IMG/VR virus record: IMGVR_UViG_3300008107_000058
Source: an uncultured virus (IMG/VR IMGVR_UViG_3300008107_000058)
Lineage: Duplodnaviria > Heunggongvirae > Uroviricota > Caudoviricetes
Strand: one strand, 5' to 3'
Length of the DNA stretch: 57,567 nucleotides
The position numbers and the translations under genes were made by a program. Numbering within the stretch: the first letter of the stretch is position 1; each line of letters opens with the position of its first letter. The notes beneath the pieces are model-generated. The model was not told the origin of the DNA and searched no databases. It saw nothing but the letters and a program-made list of their open reading frames with translations. Shown here piece by piece: positions 1 to 9,110 of the stretch.

Positions 1-362
1 GCATGGCCAAAGCCACTTGGGAACGCTGCAGAGCCTGCTAAGCCCTTGTACTCCATTGGACGGAATCTTGCACCATCGTATGTTGCAGTGCCGTCTGGGA
101 ACGTTCCAGCGAGTGGGTGAATATAAAGGCTAGTGCCGTTAAAAATTTGTGAAAGCAGCACATTGCCAGGATGATATCCAGTACCGGGGGTATGGTCATT
201 GTCTGGTGCGCCATCTAAAATGTGGCTTGTGCTATAAAGTGGGTAATATGAATAGGTCCCTGCGCCTTTGGCCTTACCAGTCATCGTGGTATATGGATTC
301 ACCATTGCAGCAGTGTTTTGACCCTTAAGTACAGGACGAGGTCCTACATAAAAAGTAGCCAT
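1..362 (-). CDS. Hypothetical (probably abundant virion) protein, runs off the window end; absent from the supplied ORF track
   Basis: ATG at 362 with AAGGAG RBS at 369-374. The frame is open to the window edge: MATFYVGPRPVLKGQNTAAMVNPYTTMTGKAKGAGTYSYYPLYS...FPSGFGH. It is preceded by a TTACTATA motif. Confidence 0.8.
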   Translation of the reverse strand, partial: MATFYVGPRPVLKGQNTAAMVNPYTTMTGKAKGAGTYSYYPLYSTSHILDGAPDNDHTPGTGYHPGNVLLSQIFNGTSLYIHPLAGTFPDGTATYDGARFRPMEYKGLAGSAAFPSGFGH

Positions 363-393
363 TTTAGTCTCCTTGGATAAGCTCTTAAGCTTA

Positions 394-401
394 TATAGTA
401 A
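394..401 (-). promoter_or_regulatory. Candidate late-promoter element TTACTATA
   Basis: Lies in the short intergenic gap about 32 nt upstream of the ATG at 362. The same 8-mer occurs about 50 nt upstream of the sheath gene. Confidence 0.4.
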
Positions 402-419
402 TTATGAATATTGTTATCT

Positions 420-1673
420 TTAGTTATAATTCACCACTAAATCAGACAAAACAGGAGCAGTGCCGTCTGGAAGCTGATTTAGGGTAACTTCTATCCAAAC
501 AGAGTTGGATGAACCAGGATTATCTAGGGTATAGATTGACCCATCGTTGTAAATTACCCTATGACTAAATGCCTGAGATAATAAAGATGGGGAAACGTTG
601 TATATTTTTGGGGTAACATTAGTTATTGAGCTAATAGTTTGACCCTCTGGAGCATCAAATTTAAATATCATTCTACCAGTTGGCAGAAACTTATCGTATC
701 TAATATCTAAATCGCTTAATCCATATGTATATATTTTCTTATTATTCTCAATAAGATAATTTTTTTGTCTCATCGCTATTCTAATAGCAGTGATTTCTGA
801 TTCTGGGAAGTAGAAAGCTATTGGTCCAGAATTTAAAATATAATCAGATCCAAGAGTTGTCCAAGACCCTGGTGGAACCTTGCCAACTGCCTCTGTGTTT
901 CCGTCATAGAGCCTATCTCTATTAAGTGGGTACCAAACATCGTCTTCTGACATCGTTGGATTCTGAAGTGTTGTGTACTGAATAGAAAGAATATCTACGC
1001 CAAACAAAGGAAATGGATTTAGTTTTAAAAAGTTAGTTTTTTTAGAACCAGTATACTCAGATGGTATCTTTATATAGAGATACATTTGAGCCCCATAGGG
1101 AGATGTTGTTTCCGATATTATACTGCGCTTCCAGTATTTGTCTGATCTATCCAAAATAGCATTATAGACATTTGTACTATCAACAATGGCACCTTGTGTG
1201 TCGACTCCTGCAAGGTTATTTGAGACTCTTGTTTCAAAGAAGTCTGGAATGATTTGACCACTTATGCCAGTAAAGAATTTTAATTTAGAATGCGAGGATC
1301 CGTCTACTTTTGGCAGGGTGACGATATTGTAAACTGGATCATATGACAAAACTTCATCGCCCTGAAGTCCAGATTCACCACTTGGTATTGCTATATTATC
1401 TATTTGCGAATAGCTGTGGATTGAGATTAGATCTTCTGCTGCCTCTAGAGCTTTTACTCTGTCTTCCATATCTTTGATATATTGATTAATAAAGATATGA
1501 TCTTTTAAAACTCTTTGAAAAGCTTCCGTAAGCTTTTGGTCTGTTACGTTATATTTATTGTATAAATAAACTAGATCTTTGTAATTTTCTTCTATTCTTG
1601 CATTGTGATCAGAGCTGTCTACGGGGCCGTTATACTGCCTAGTTCTTTTTTGAGTGTATATAAATTCAGACAT
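420..1673 (-). CDS. Virion structural protein (distal baseplate/tail-appendage paralog family), 417 aa
   Basis: N-terminal coiled coil and beta-rich body. YTYGLSDLDI and terminal APVLSDLVV motifs are shared with neighbouring ORFs. Confidence 0.55.
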   Translation of the reverse strand: MSEFIYTQKRTRQYNGPVDSSDHNARIEENYKDLVYLYNKYNVTDQKLTEAFQRVLKDHIFINQYIKDMEDRVKALEAAEDLISIHSYSQIDNIAIPSGESGLQGDEVLSYDPVYNIVTLPKVDGSSHSKLKFFTGISGQIIPDFFETRVSNNLAGVDTQGAIVDSTNVYNAILDRSDKYWKRSIISETTSPYGAQMYLYIKIPSEYTGSKKTNFLKLNPFPLFGVDILSIQYTTLQNPTMSEDDVWYPLNRDRLYDGNTEAVGKVPPGSWTTLGSDYILNSGPIAFYFPESEITAIRIAMRQKNYLIENNKKIYTYGLSDLDIRYDKFLPTGRMIFKFDAPEGQTISSITNVTPKIYNVSPSLLSQAFSHRVIYNDGSIYTLDNPGSSNSVWIEVTLNQLPDGTAPVLSDLVVNYN

Positions 1674-1674
1674 T

Positions 1675-2076
1675 TTATCCGTTTAGCCTTCTTTTTTCTA
1701 GCATTTTGATTTTTTTAGACAGCCTATTCATCTTTGAAGCCACTGTATCAAGAGTGTCTATTTGCACATAATCTGGAGTAGCAGAATCGCCGTAGTACTC
1801 AAATTGAATGTCGCTAAATATATAGTACTTTCCGTCATTATAATCTTCATGTATCTGAGTTTTTTCTGGATCATATTGACCCACAAAAATTCTTTGCTCA
1901 TCATATATCCTGTTATCTATATCCTGTATAGAGTCTTCAAGTCTATGCATATCGATTAGTATCTTATTCATTTCTAGATTTTCCATTGTAGAATCTCTAG
2001 GGCCTCTAAACACACTTCTATACCTTTGGTATAGAGGCTGTATTATTCTCTTTATTTCGGTGTAAGTTCTTGCCAT
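1675..2076 (-). CDS. Small coiled-coil virion protein, 133 aa
   Basis: Tightly packed in the operon. FRGPRDS..N resembles YNGPVDS..N of the next gene. Carries one ATP tripeptide (DSATPD). Confidence 0.5.
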   Translation of the reverse strand: MARTYTEIKRIIQPLYQRYRSVFRGPRDSTMENLEMNKILIDMHRLEDSIQDIDNRIYDEQRIFVGQYDPEKTQIHEDYNDGKYYIFSDIQFEYYGDSATPDYVQIDTLDTVASKMNRLSKKIKMLEKRRLNG

Positions 2077-2084
2077 TTTAAATC

Positions 2085-4244
2085 CTAATTACTATTTTTA
2101 AATTTAATTCTATAAGAACCCAAAGACGGGGTACCAAACGGACTAGAAAACCTAGAAAAATCTGCCCTAAAACGTATGGCGCTTACCGGATTATTAGAGT
2201 TCTTTTGGAATACAATTCTTGAATTATCGTTAACTTTTGATCTACAAAGTATCTCGTTATTGCCAAGATAATTATCTATGGTAAAGACCGTATCATTTTC
2301 TGTTCTATTAATTCTAAAATCAAATGGATCTACATATGAATAGTACTTAATAAAAGGGACCCCATATGTAGAAATTGAAACTCCACTCATCAAGGAAATG
2401 GATCCAGAAGATGTACCCGATGCATCAAAAGTTACGACTATATTATTAACGCCCTTTTTAAATGACCAAGAAACTTCTTTAGTGGAAACTCCAGCTGGCA
2501 TATCAGCCAGTAGTGTTCCGTTAAGATAAACAGCCATGTCCCATGCAACGGATGTGTCTGATTTGGATATAATATTTATAGCTTCTATATCTTCTTCTAC
2601 TAAAAGAGAAGTCTGCAAGAATCCACTTATACCAGATAAGTTAAGGGCTATGGGAATAGATGGTATATTTGTTATTTGTATATTTCCAGGTTCAAAAACC
2701 TGAACATTTTCTAATGTTTTGTTGATTATAGAAGACCATCTATTGGTGTCTAAGTATAAACCATTTAAATATGATGTATATTTAAAACTAAAACAGTTTA
2801 CAGAGTCTAATAAATAGGAATTATAAGGAGAATCTTGTTCGTTAAGCTTAGCGACTCTACGAACAGAAATACCATTATATATAGAAGTAGAAGGATTTTT
2901 GACAGATAGATTATTCTCTGTCGATTCATCATAAAGCTTTAAGTCATTTGTTGATGGGTTTGACTTTATGTTTTTAAATACTTTATTTGATCTAGAAAAA
3001 GAAATAATTTGATCAAAAGCTGCTGAGTTTTCCGTTGAAGAAGAAATTGGTATCCAATTAAAATCTGATATTCCACTTGCTCCCTGAACATCTTCGGCAA
3101 TAAAGAAATTAATATTTCCTACATTTTGATTTTCGTTTACTGCTTCAATACTTACGGCATCGATTATCTTATTTACATCTCCTGCAGGTATTGATATTGG
3201 AGAACTAATCAGCGTAGCATTAGCGTCATAGTATTGACCGCTAACTATAAGATCTCTTATGCAGAAAGTGTATTTATACTTATTTTTAGTATTTAGTTGA
3301 TCAACATAATCTGGCTCATGTTTAATTAGAGTGATTCTTAAGCTACCAGATAGCTGTGGATCAAAATCAAATGAAAATCTATCATAATCTGAATTAGATT
3401 GTTTTCTTCTAAATTGTGAAGAATTTAAATTTTGTTGATTAATTAATTCTACTACAGTGGTAACAGCAGAACCAGTTGAAAGTTTGCCGTCAACCTTAGA
3501 AATAACAAAAGGAGCGTCTAATGGTATGTTCATTATTAACGCACATGGTCCAATAATGTCTGAGCTAAATTCAACTTTTGACATAGTATTATTTAGTCCA
3601 TCAAACATGTTATTTACATCTGGCATTTGTCTGTCTGTACTAGCAATGTTGCCATTAAACATTATTCTATATTGCACATTAGAATAATTGACCTTTCCTG
3701 GAGCATTAAAATCTAGTACATTAGACTTAAGCTTAGGAAGAGTAGTCTTTTTATTTTCTGTATCAACAAATGCATTTGTTAATGATAAATCTACATTATT
3801 TAAATTTGCAAAAGATTCACTAAACGAATAAAAAAATCCATCTGTGTTTGATATAGAGAATAAAATTGAATCTATTTTCTTTTCTAGGTCAATTCTTTTT
3901 TGTTTTAAGAAGTCTATTTTTTTGTTTAAGTAACTTACTGAATCCATTAATTTTTCTGTGTTATCATCTATGGAATCGTACAAGACATCAAGATTGAGTA
4001 TATATCTTGCCATAAAATTATTCATTATTTCTGGACTAGTAATAGGAGTATTTCTCAATAGACTAGGGTCTACTCTTAACGGAACGCCAATCCTGTTGGT
4101 GGAAAAATAATTATCAAACTCTTTTTTTATTTCGTCATCGTTCGGTTGTCTTAAGGCAGTATCTGATTCGTTAAGGCCTGTTGAATAAAATGATCTATAA
4201 AGATTCTCTAAAAATTTTCTTTTTTGTATTTCTGAAATACTCAT
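2085..4244 (-). CDS. Virion structural protein (paralog family), 719 aa
   Basis: Coiled-coil N-terminus; YTFCIRDL and terminal TPSLGSYRIK motifs; ATGA overlap with the upstream gene. Confidence 0.55.
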   Translation of the reverse strand: MSISEIQKRKFLENLYRSFYSTGLNESDTALRQPNDDEIKKEFDNYFSTNRIGVPLRVDPSLLRNTPITSPEIMNNFMARYILNLDVLYDSIDDNTEKLMDSVSYLNKKIDFLKQKRIDLEKKIDSILFSISNTDGFFYSFSESFANLNNVDLSLTNAFVDTENKKTTLPKLKSNVLDFNAPGKVNYSNVQYRIMFNGNIASTDRQMPDVNNMFDGLNNTMSKVEFSSDIIGPCALIMNIPLDAPFVISKVDGKLSTGSAVTTVVELINQQNLNSSQFRRKQSNSDYDRFSFDFDPQLSGSLRITLIKHEPDYVDQLNTKNKYKYTFCIRDLIVSGQYYDANATLISSPISIPAGDVNKIIDAVSIEAVNENQNVGNINFFIAEDVQGASGISDFNWIPISSSTENSAAFDQIISFSRSNKVFKNIKSNPSTNDLKLYDESTENNLSVKNPSTSIYNGISVRRVAKLNEQDSPYNSYLLDSVNCFSFKYTSYLNGLYLDTNRWSSIINKTLENVQVFEPGNIQITNIPSIPIALNLSGISGFLQTSLLVEEDIEAINIISKSDTSVAWDMAVYLNGTLLADMPAGVSTKEVSWSFKKGVNNIVVTFDASGTSSGSISLMSGVSISTYGVPFIKYYSYVDPFDFRINRTENDTVFTIDNYLGNNEILCRSKVNDNSRIVFQKNSNNPVSAIRFRADFSRFSSPFGTPSLGSYRIKFKNSN

Positions 4245-6487
4245 ACTTGTTTTACCTTTACGCCGACTTTATAGGAATATAATATTGGAGTTACATTTTT
4301 TGAAGATGGTTTTTTCATGTCAATTTTTAGAATAAAACTTTTGACAGAAGCTGGAATTTTTGGCGGAAATAAATAGCTTACGCCTGGTAATCTAAATCTT
4401 TCTTCTATATTTTGATTTATAGCTAATACTTCTGGAGTATTTCTAAAAGGACTTTCGATTGATGAAATTTGTACCCAATTAACCCCATCGTCAAAAGATA
4501 CACTATATTGAATATAGTCATTTATATCTGCGCTAATTGGGCCAGAAAAAGAAGACTCTGAAGAAACTGTTAGATATTCTATCTCAGAAGGAGTATCGTA
4601 TCTTCTGGAAACAATTTGACCAGCGTCTGCGTATGTTTCCAGTCCTACAGCAATATCTCTTAATCCTATAGATTTTCTTTGAGCATCTAGTATGTCATAG
4701 TCTCTAACTAGATTAATCTTATAGCTTCTTGTTTCAGTATCTGTATCTTTGCTATTAGTTTCAACTCTGTTTATGCTTCCCTCTACTAATCCAAATTTTT
4801 CATATTTGCTTTTGGATGTTCCTTGATAACTTCCGTTAAACCAAGCAGTTATTAAATCAAGGAAAGAAGCCCACTCACTAGTTAGAGTTGAAGATATATA
4901 TGGAGACCTACTGTCGGAAGAATTACTTAGCACATATGAACTAGAAAAATAATCTTCTGGTTTGATTGCGGCATTGTTGGATACGTAGCCAGGAAGTCCA
5001 TATGAACCACCGGATATCTCAGTAAAGTCTGTAAAAAACTTTTTTGTTATTCTATATGTTTTTCCATCTCGTCCTTGAGCTTGGAGGCAATAACCCTTAA
5101 GTTTTGGTATAGACCTCTGAAGTTTAACATCAATTGAGTTTGTGTTATTTACTTCAGCTTTTAATATGTTTGGAGTATTTACATTTGGAATCAAAACTTT
5201 AGTATCATAAATCTTTGATGACCACGGTATTTCTGGAAAAGATAAATCTTCAACAACTATTGGATCCTCTGGAGAGAATCTCGTTTGTCCGTAGTATGGA
5301 TTACCAGCTTTGGTTGTTGAGTCTGGTTCATAGTAAAGGTGCTTAATCTTTACATCTGTAGCTTCTGATTGTTCAAATGTAATCTTTATTTTTTTAACAT
5401 TTCTTTCTTGAAATCTTACTTTAGCTTCTCTGTAATAAAAGTACTTTGCTTTCTCTAAAGAAGATGGGATAAAGCTTGAGCTAATCCATATTGGATTAGG
5501 TATAATGTTTTCAACTACATCTTTTTCATCGGTAACTTCTATTTTTGTAACCATAACATCTTTTGTTAATGAATTTCCACTACCAAAATAAGGAAGTATG
5601 TTCACGAAGTTCGCAGGTTGGGCATATTCAGCTTCCATTAACAGCGCTAAAACAAGTTTTGGACCGCCAAACGAAGACCAGTCTTGATACTTTACTCCAT
5701 TGTCAGTGCCTGCCGAGCTACTATACTTAAATTCAAAATCTTTTGCATTAGCTGGTTTGTTTTTAACATTGATCTGTTCGTATTCAAAAAATGTTGTTGG
5801 ATTATTATCCCTGATATTTTCTTTATTTCTAGAAGTTGGAGTATCTTTAAAGAAGTATCTGTAGTCTGAATCAGTTTCGCTTAGTCTGTAAGCTTCATGA
5901 TTATTTCCCGCAAAACCGTTGGACTCTGGTTCTATAAATACATATTTAGTATTCCAGTTTTTTATCTGATTAATAGAAAGAGTCATTTGTCCACTTTCTA
6001 TAAGTGGAATAACTGTAGAGTCTTTTATTTTTGAAAAGTCTATATAATCAGAACTATCAAATGAATTTCCAAAATAGTAGAGATCGCTTGATGGTCCACT
6101 TGAGTACATCTGCAAAACTTTTACTTTACTTTTAATTCTGTTAATAAATTTATTCTCTTGTTCAATTTCTGAACTAAAAAGATTAAAAGAGTTTACAAGT
6201 CCAGCAGAAATATAGTCTAATTGCTTAGATATTGTATTTATATCAATTGAGTAGTTTGCTGTAAAGGTGTTAAACTTTTCAGATATTGGCGGTTCACCTT
6301 TAATGTATGGAACAAAATCTGTTAGTGGTCCAGAAATTCTTTGATTTAAAAATGATATAAGATTCTGGTATTCTTCAAGAAGTTTTTTATTTGTTGGAAA
6401 TTTATTTTCCCTATAATCAATAATAAACTTTGAAACTTTTGAAATTATTTGATCATAAACAACTGTATTTGTAGATAGCTGAGTCAT
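4241..6487 (-). CDS. Virion structural protein (paralog family), 748 aa
   Basis: Coiled-coil N-terminus; SIGLRDI, YSVSFDDGVNW (Asp-box-like) and terminal TPILYSYKV motifs. Confidence 0.55.
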   Translation of the reverse strand: MTQLSTNTVVYDQIISKVSKFIIDYRENKFPTNKKLLEEYQNLISFLNQRISGPLTDFVPYIKGEPPISEKFNTFTANYSIDINTISKQLDYISAGLVNSFNLFSSEIEQENKFINRIKSKVKVLQMYSSGPSSDLYYFGNSFDSSDYIDFSKIKDSTVIPLIESGQMTLSINQIKNWNTKYVFIEPESNGFAGNNHEAYRLSETDSDYRYFFKDTPTSRNKENIRDNNPTTFFEYEQINVKNKPANAKDFEFKYSSSAGTDNGVKYQDWSSFGGPKLVLALLMEAEYAQPANFVNILPYFGSGNSLTKDVMVTKIEVTDEKDVVENIIPNPIWISSSFIPSSLEKAKYFYYREAKVRFQERNVKKIKITFEQSEATDVKIKHLYYEPDSTTKAGNPYYGQTRFSPEDPIVVEDLSFPEIPWSSKIYDTKVLIPNVNTPNILKAEVNNTNSIDVKLQRSIPKLKGYCLQAQGRDGKTYRITKKFFTDFTEISGGSYGLPGYVSNNAAIKPEDYFSSSYVLSNSSDSRSPYISSTLTSEWASFLDLITAWFNGSYQGTSKSKYEKFGLVEGSINRVETNSKDTDTETRSYKINLVRDYDILDAQRKSIGLRDIAVGLETYADAGQIVSRRYDTPSEIEYLTVSSESSFSGPISADINDYIQYSVSFDDGVNWVQISSIESPFRNTPEVLAINQNIEERFRLPGVSYLFPPKIPASVKSFILKIDMKKPSSKNVTPILYSYKVGVKVKQV

Positions 6488-6488
6488 T

Positions 6489-9110
6489 TTAGCCTAACCT
6501 CAAAAGTTTTTCGGAGAATGGATCAAGATTTTTAACCTTGCACTTAAGAATTACATTGTCAACAGATATGCCATTATAAATGCCTGGGATATTATTTCTG
6601 ACAATTAATCTAAATCTTAAAGAAGAAGGAATATAACTATACGTAACTGTCAATTGATTAGAAATTGGTTTATTAAATATTAACTCTTTACCATTTTGAA
6701 AGAATAAATACTGATCCGTATCGTAAAATGATCCTTTTTCAAAGCTATTCTTTGTGTAGTTTGTTAGATTTACTGCAGTCATGCCATTGTCGAGAACTAC
6801 TACTACTGGAGAATAACCAATGTTTTCTGTAGTGTTAATAGTACCATATAAATCATTATATACAGCTGTTCCAAAGTTGTCCTCTATGAAGGGAACATAC
6901 GACAAGGTAACTTTATTTCCGGAGCTAGTTCCTAAGAACTTTTCTCCCGGAGTACCGCTAGCGGTGTAAACCCTGACGGCAAAACTAGAATTAGATAATG
7001 AATCTATATCTACTATATTTTGTTTATAATTAATTAAATCCACTTCATATTCTACTACATAAATGGCATTTCTATCTATATTTAAATCATACTTTATATA
7101 ATTTCCAATATTAGAATAAGACCATAGATTTGGATTTTCTAAAAATCCATTTTTATAAACTTTTATTGAAGATTCGTTAGGCATGAATCTTAGCTGTGCG
7201 AGATTTAAATTATCAAAAAACAATACTTCAGAATCTATTTTTCCATCTACCTCGGACATTAAAGGTTCCCAGGAAATTTCTGAATCAATTACATCTTTCC
7301 ATGATATAGAAAGTTCATAAGAACCAGCTTCTGATAAATCATAATTAGTAAAAGAAAGATCTCTTCTTTCTTTAACTATATTCACAATACCTTTTACTCC
7401 AAGGGGAGCTCCATCCATTTCTATTTTTTTTGAGATAAAACAAGCTTTGTTTTCATTTTGAGTATTATTTATACCAAAAGAAATTGCGTTTAAAGAAAAA
7501 CTATATTCATATGAATTAGAAATTTCTTTACTTTCAAGATATTTTGTAGCGTCGTCTAAATTTAAACCAGGAGCAAGTGGATCTTGTTTTTGAAAATCAA
7601 GAGAATATGATTCCTGATCGTTTTTAACTGGTATAAAACCATCTGTTCTAGAAGTTGAAATTAAATTATCGTTTGCGCTGTTCCTTGTGGAGCGATATAT
7701 TTTAGTGTTAAAAAGATTACTTCTAGAATCTACAACATGTTGAACTATGCTATGAACTATATTTTCTATAGCACTTGAGTTTTTTTCCTCTGTAAGGTCA
7801 GAAATTTTAGCATTGATCTCTTCGTCTGAGTATCCATACATTTTTTCTATAAAACCAAAATCTGAGTATTCCTGAGAAACTGGATATTTATTTGAATAAT
7901 AATCTGAATAAAATTCCGTATTTTTTTTAGAAATATTTCCATTGTATGAACCTTTAAAGTAAAAATAAACTATATCTTGTAAAGTTTGAGACTTATTATT
8001 TCTATTTTTTTTCTTGCTATTTACAATATCTCTTAATATTTTAGAATTTACTTCTTGTCTTATAGGGGTATTTTCGCTTCTTACATACTTAGATTGATTG
8101 AATATAAATATTATTTTTTTTACTCTTGACTTTTCAAATACAATGTCAACTGTTTTATTTAACAAAAGTGGTGAATGAAGAACGGGAAAATCTATATATT
8201 CATCTTGAATTGATGTAGAAGCTATAGACATTACAGGATTTGTTTTAACCAAAACCACTTGAAGTAACTGCAAACCGTTTCCGTCATTTGGAGTTACTCT
8301 AATGAAGTCCATCTCAACAGGCATAAGGAAAGACACCTCATTTACGGCCTGTGCTCCTTTAATGTAAGATGTGTCGTATGTTACATACTTTGAAAGTTCT
8401 GGCATTGAGGACGTAAGTAAGAATGGAGACTTTATAGTTACAGACCAGTTGTCCTTTTTGCTCTCATTAAACAATTTGTCAAAATTAGTATTTGTTGTTT
8501 CATACTCAGAAAAATTACTAGTTTGTTTTATCTCAGAAATATTTTCAATTGGATTAATAAATGTGGCACCGGTAGATACTGACATTTTACTAAGCGCTGT
8601 ATCTATTTTATAGTTGCCGTTTTCAGAAAAGTTTACGCCATCTCTGTCAAATAAATTTATTGTTGAGCTTTCATTAACAAAAGAATTTATATCATTGTCA
8701 AAATTTTCAATATAGTTAAAATTAAAAAGATCATCTTCACCAACTATAAATTGATAATTATCTATAAAGTTCTCTAAGAATAATATATCTTTTTCTAGTT
8801 TATTTATCTCAGAAGAAAATATTGAAACCATAGAATTTAATACATTTGATATAGAAGATGCGGCAGAAAAAAACTGACCCACTCTTAATCCAGAATCTCT
8901 AAAAAATTCTAAAACAGATTCAACATTCATAGGCGAATAGCTAAGTGCCAAAGCCGGAGTATAGTTAACAGAATTATCAAAGTTCTTTAAGTTTTCGACG
9001 AGAACAGAAATTTGGGTTTTATCACCCTTTATGCTTTGTAAGAGAGATCCTACAGTCCTTCTACTCTGCGAAGAAAAGGTCTCTAAAACTTCAGGAAGTT
9101 GTCGTAACAC
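6489..9110 (-). CDS. Virion structural protein (paralog family), about 873 aa
   Basis: Likely start is GTG at 9110 (MLRQLPEVLE...), after a GGGG purine run and overlapping the end of the upstream gene. YEYSFSLNAI motif. Confidence 0.55.
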   Translation of the reverse strand: MLRQLPEVLETFSSQSRRTVGSLLQSIKGDKTQISVLVENLKNFDNSVNYTPALALSYSPMNVESVLEFFRDSGLRVGQFFSAASSISNVLNSMVSIFSSEINKLEKDILFLENFIDNYQFIVGEDDLFNFNYIENFDNDINSFVNESSTINLFDRDGVNFSENGNYKIDTALSKMSVSTGATFINPIENISEIKQTSNFSEYETTNTNFDKLFNESKKDNWSVTIKSPFLLTSSMPELSKYVTYDTSYIKGAQAVNEVSFLMPVEMDFIRVTPNDGNGLQLLQVVLVKTNPVMSIASTSIQDEYIDFPVLHSPLLLNKTVDIVFEKSRVKKIIFIFNQSKYVRSENTPIRQEVNSKILRDIVNSKKKNRNNKSQTLQDIVYFYFKGSYNGNISKKNTEFYSDYYSNKYPVSQEYSDFGFIEKMYGYSDEEINAKISDLTEEKNSSAIENIVHSIVQHVVDSRSNLFNTKIYRSTRNSANDNLISTSRTDGFIPVKNDQESYSLDFQKQDPLAPGLNLDDATKYLESKEISNSYEYSFSLNAISFGINNTQNENKACFISKKIEMDGAPLGVKGIVNIVKERRDLSFTNYDLSEAGSYELSISWKDVIDSEISWEPLMSEVDGKIDSEVLFFDNLNLAQLRFMPNESSIKVYKNGFLENPNLWSYSNIGNYIKYDLNIDRNAIYVVEYEVDLINYKQNIVDIDSLSNSSFAVRVYTASGTPGEKFLGTSSGNKVTLSYVPFIEDNFGTAVYNDLYGTINTTENIGYSPVVVVLDNGMTAVNLTNYTKNSFEKGSFYDTDQYLFFQNGKELIFNKPISNQLTVTYSYIPSSLRFRLIVRNNIPGIYNGISVDNVILKCKVKNLDPFSEKLLRLG

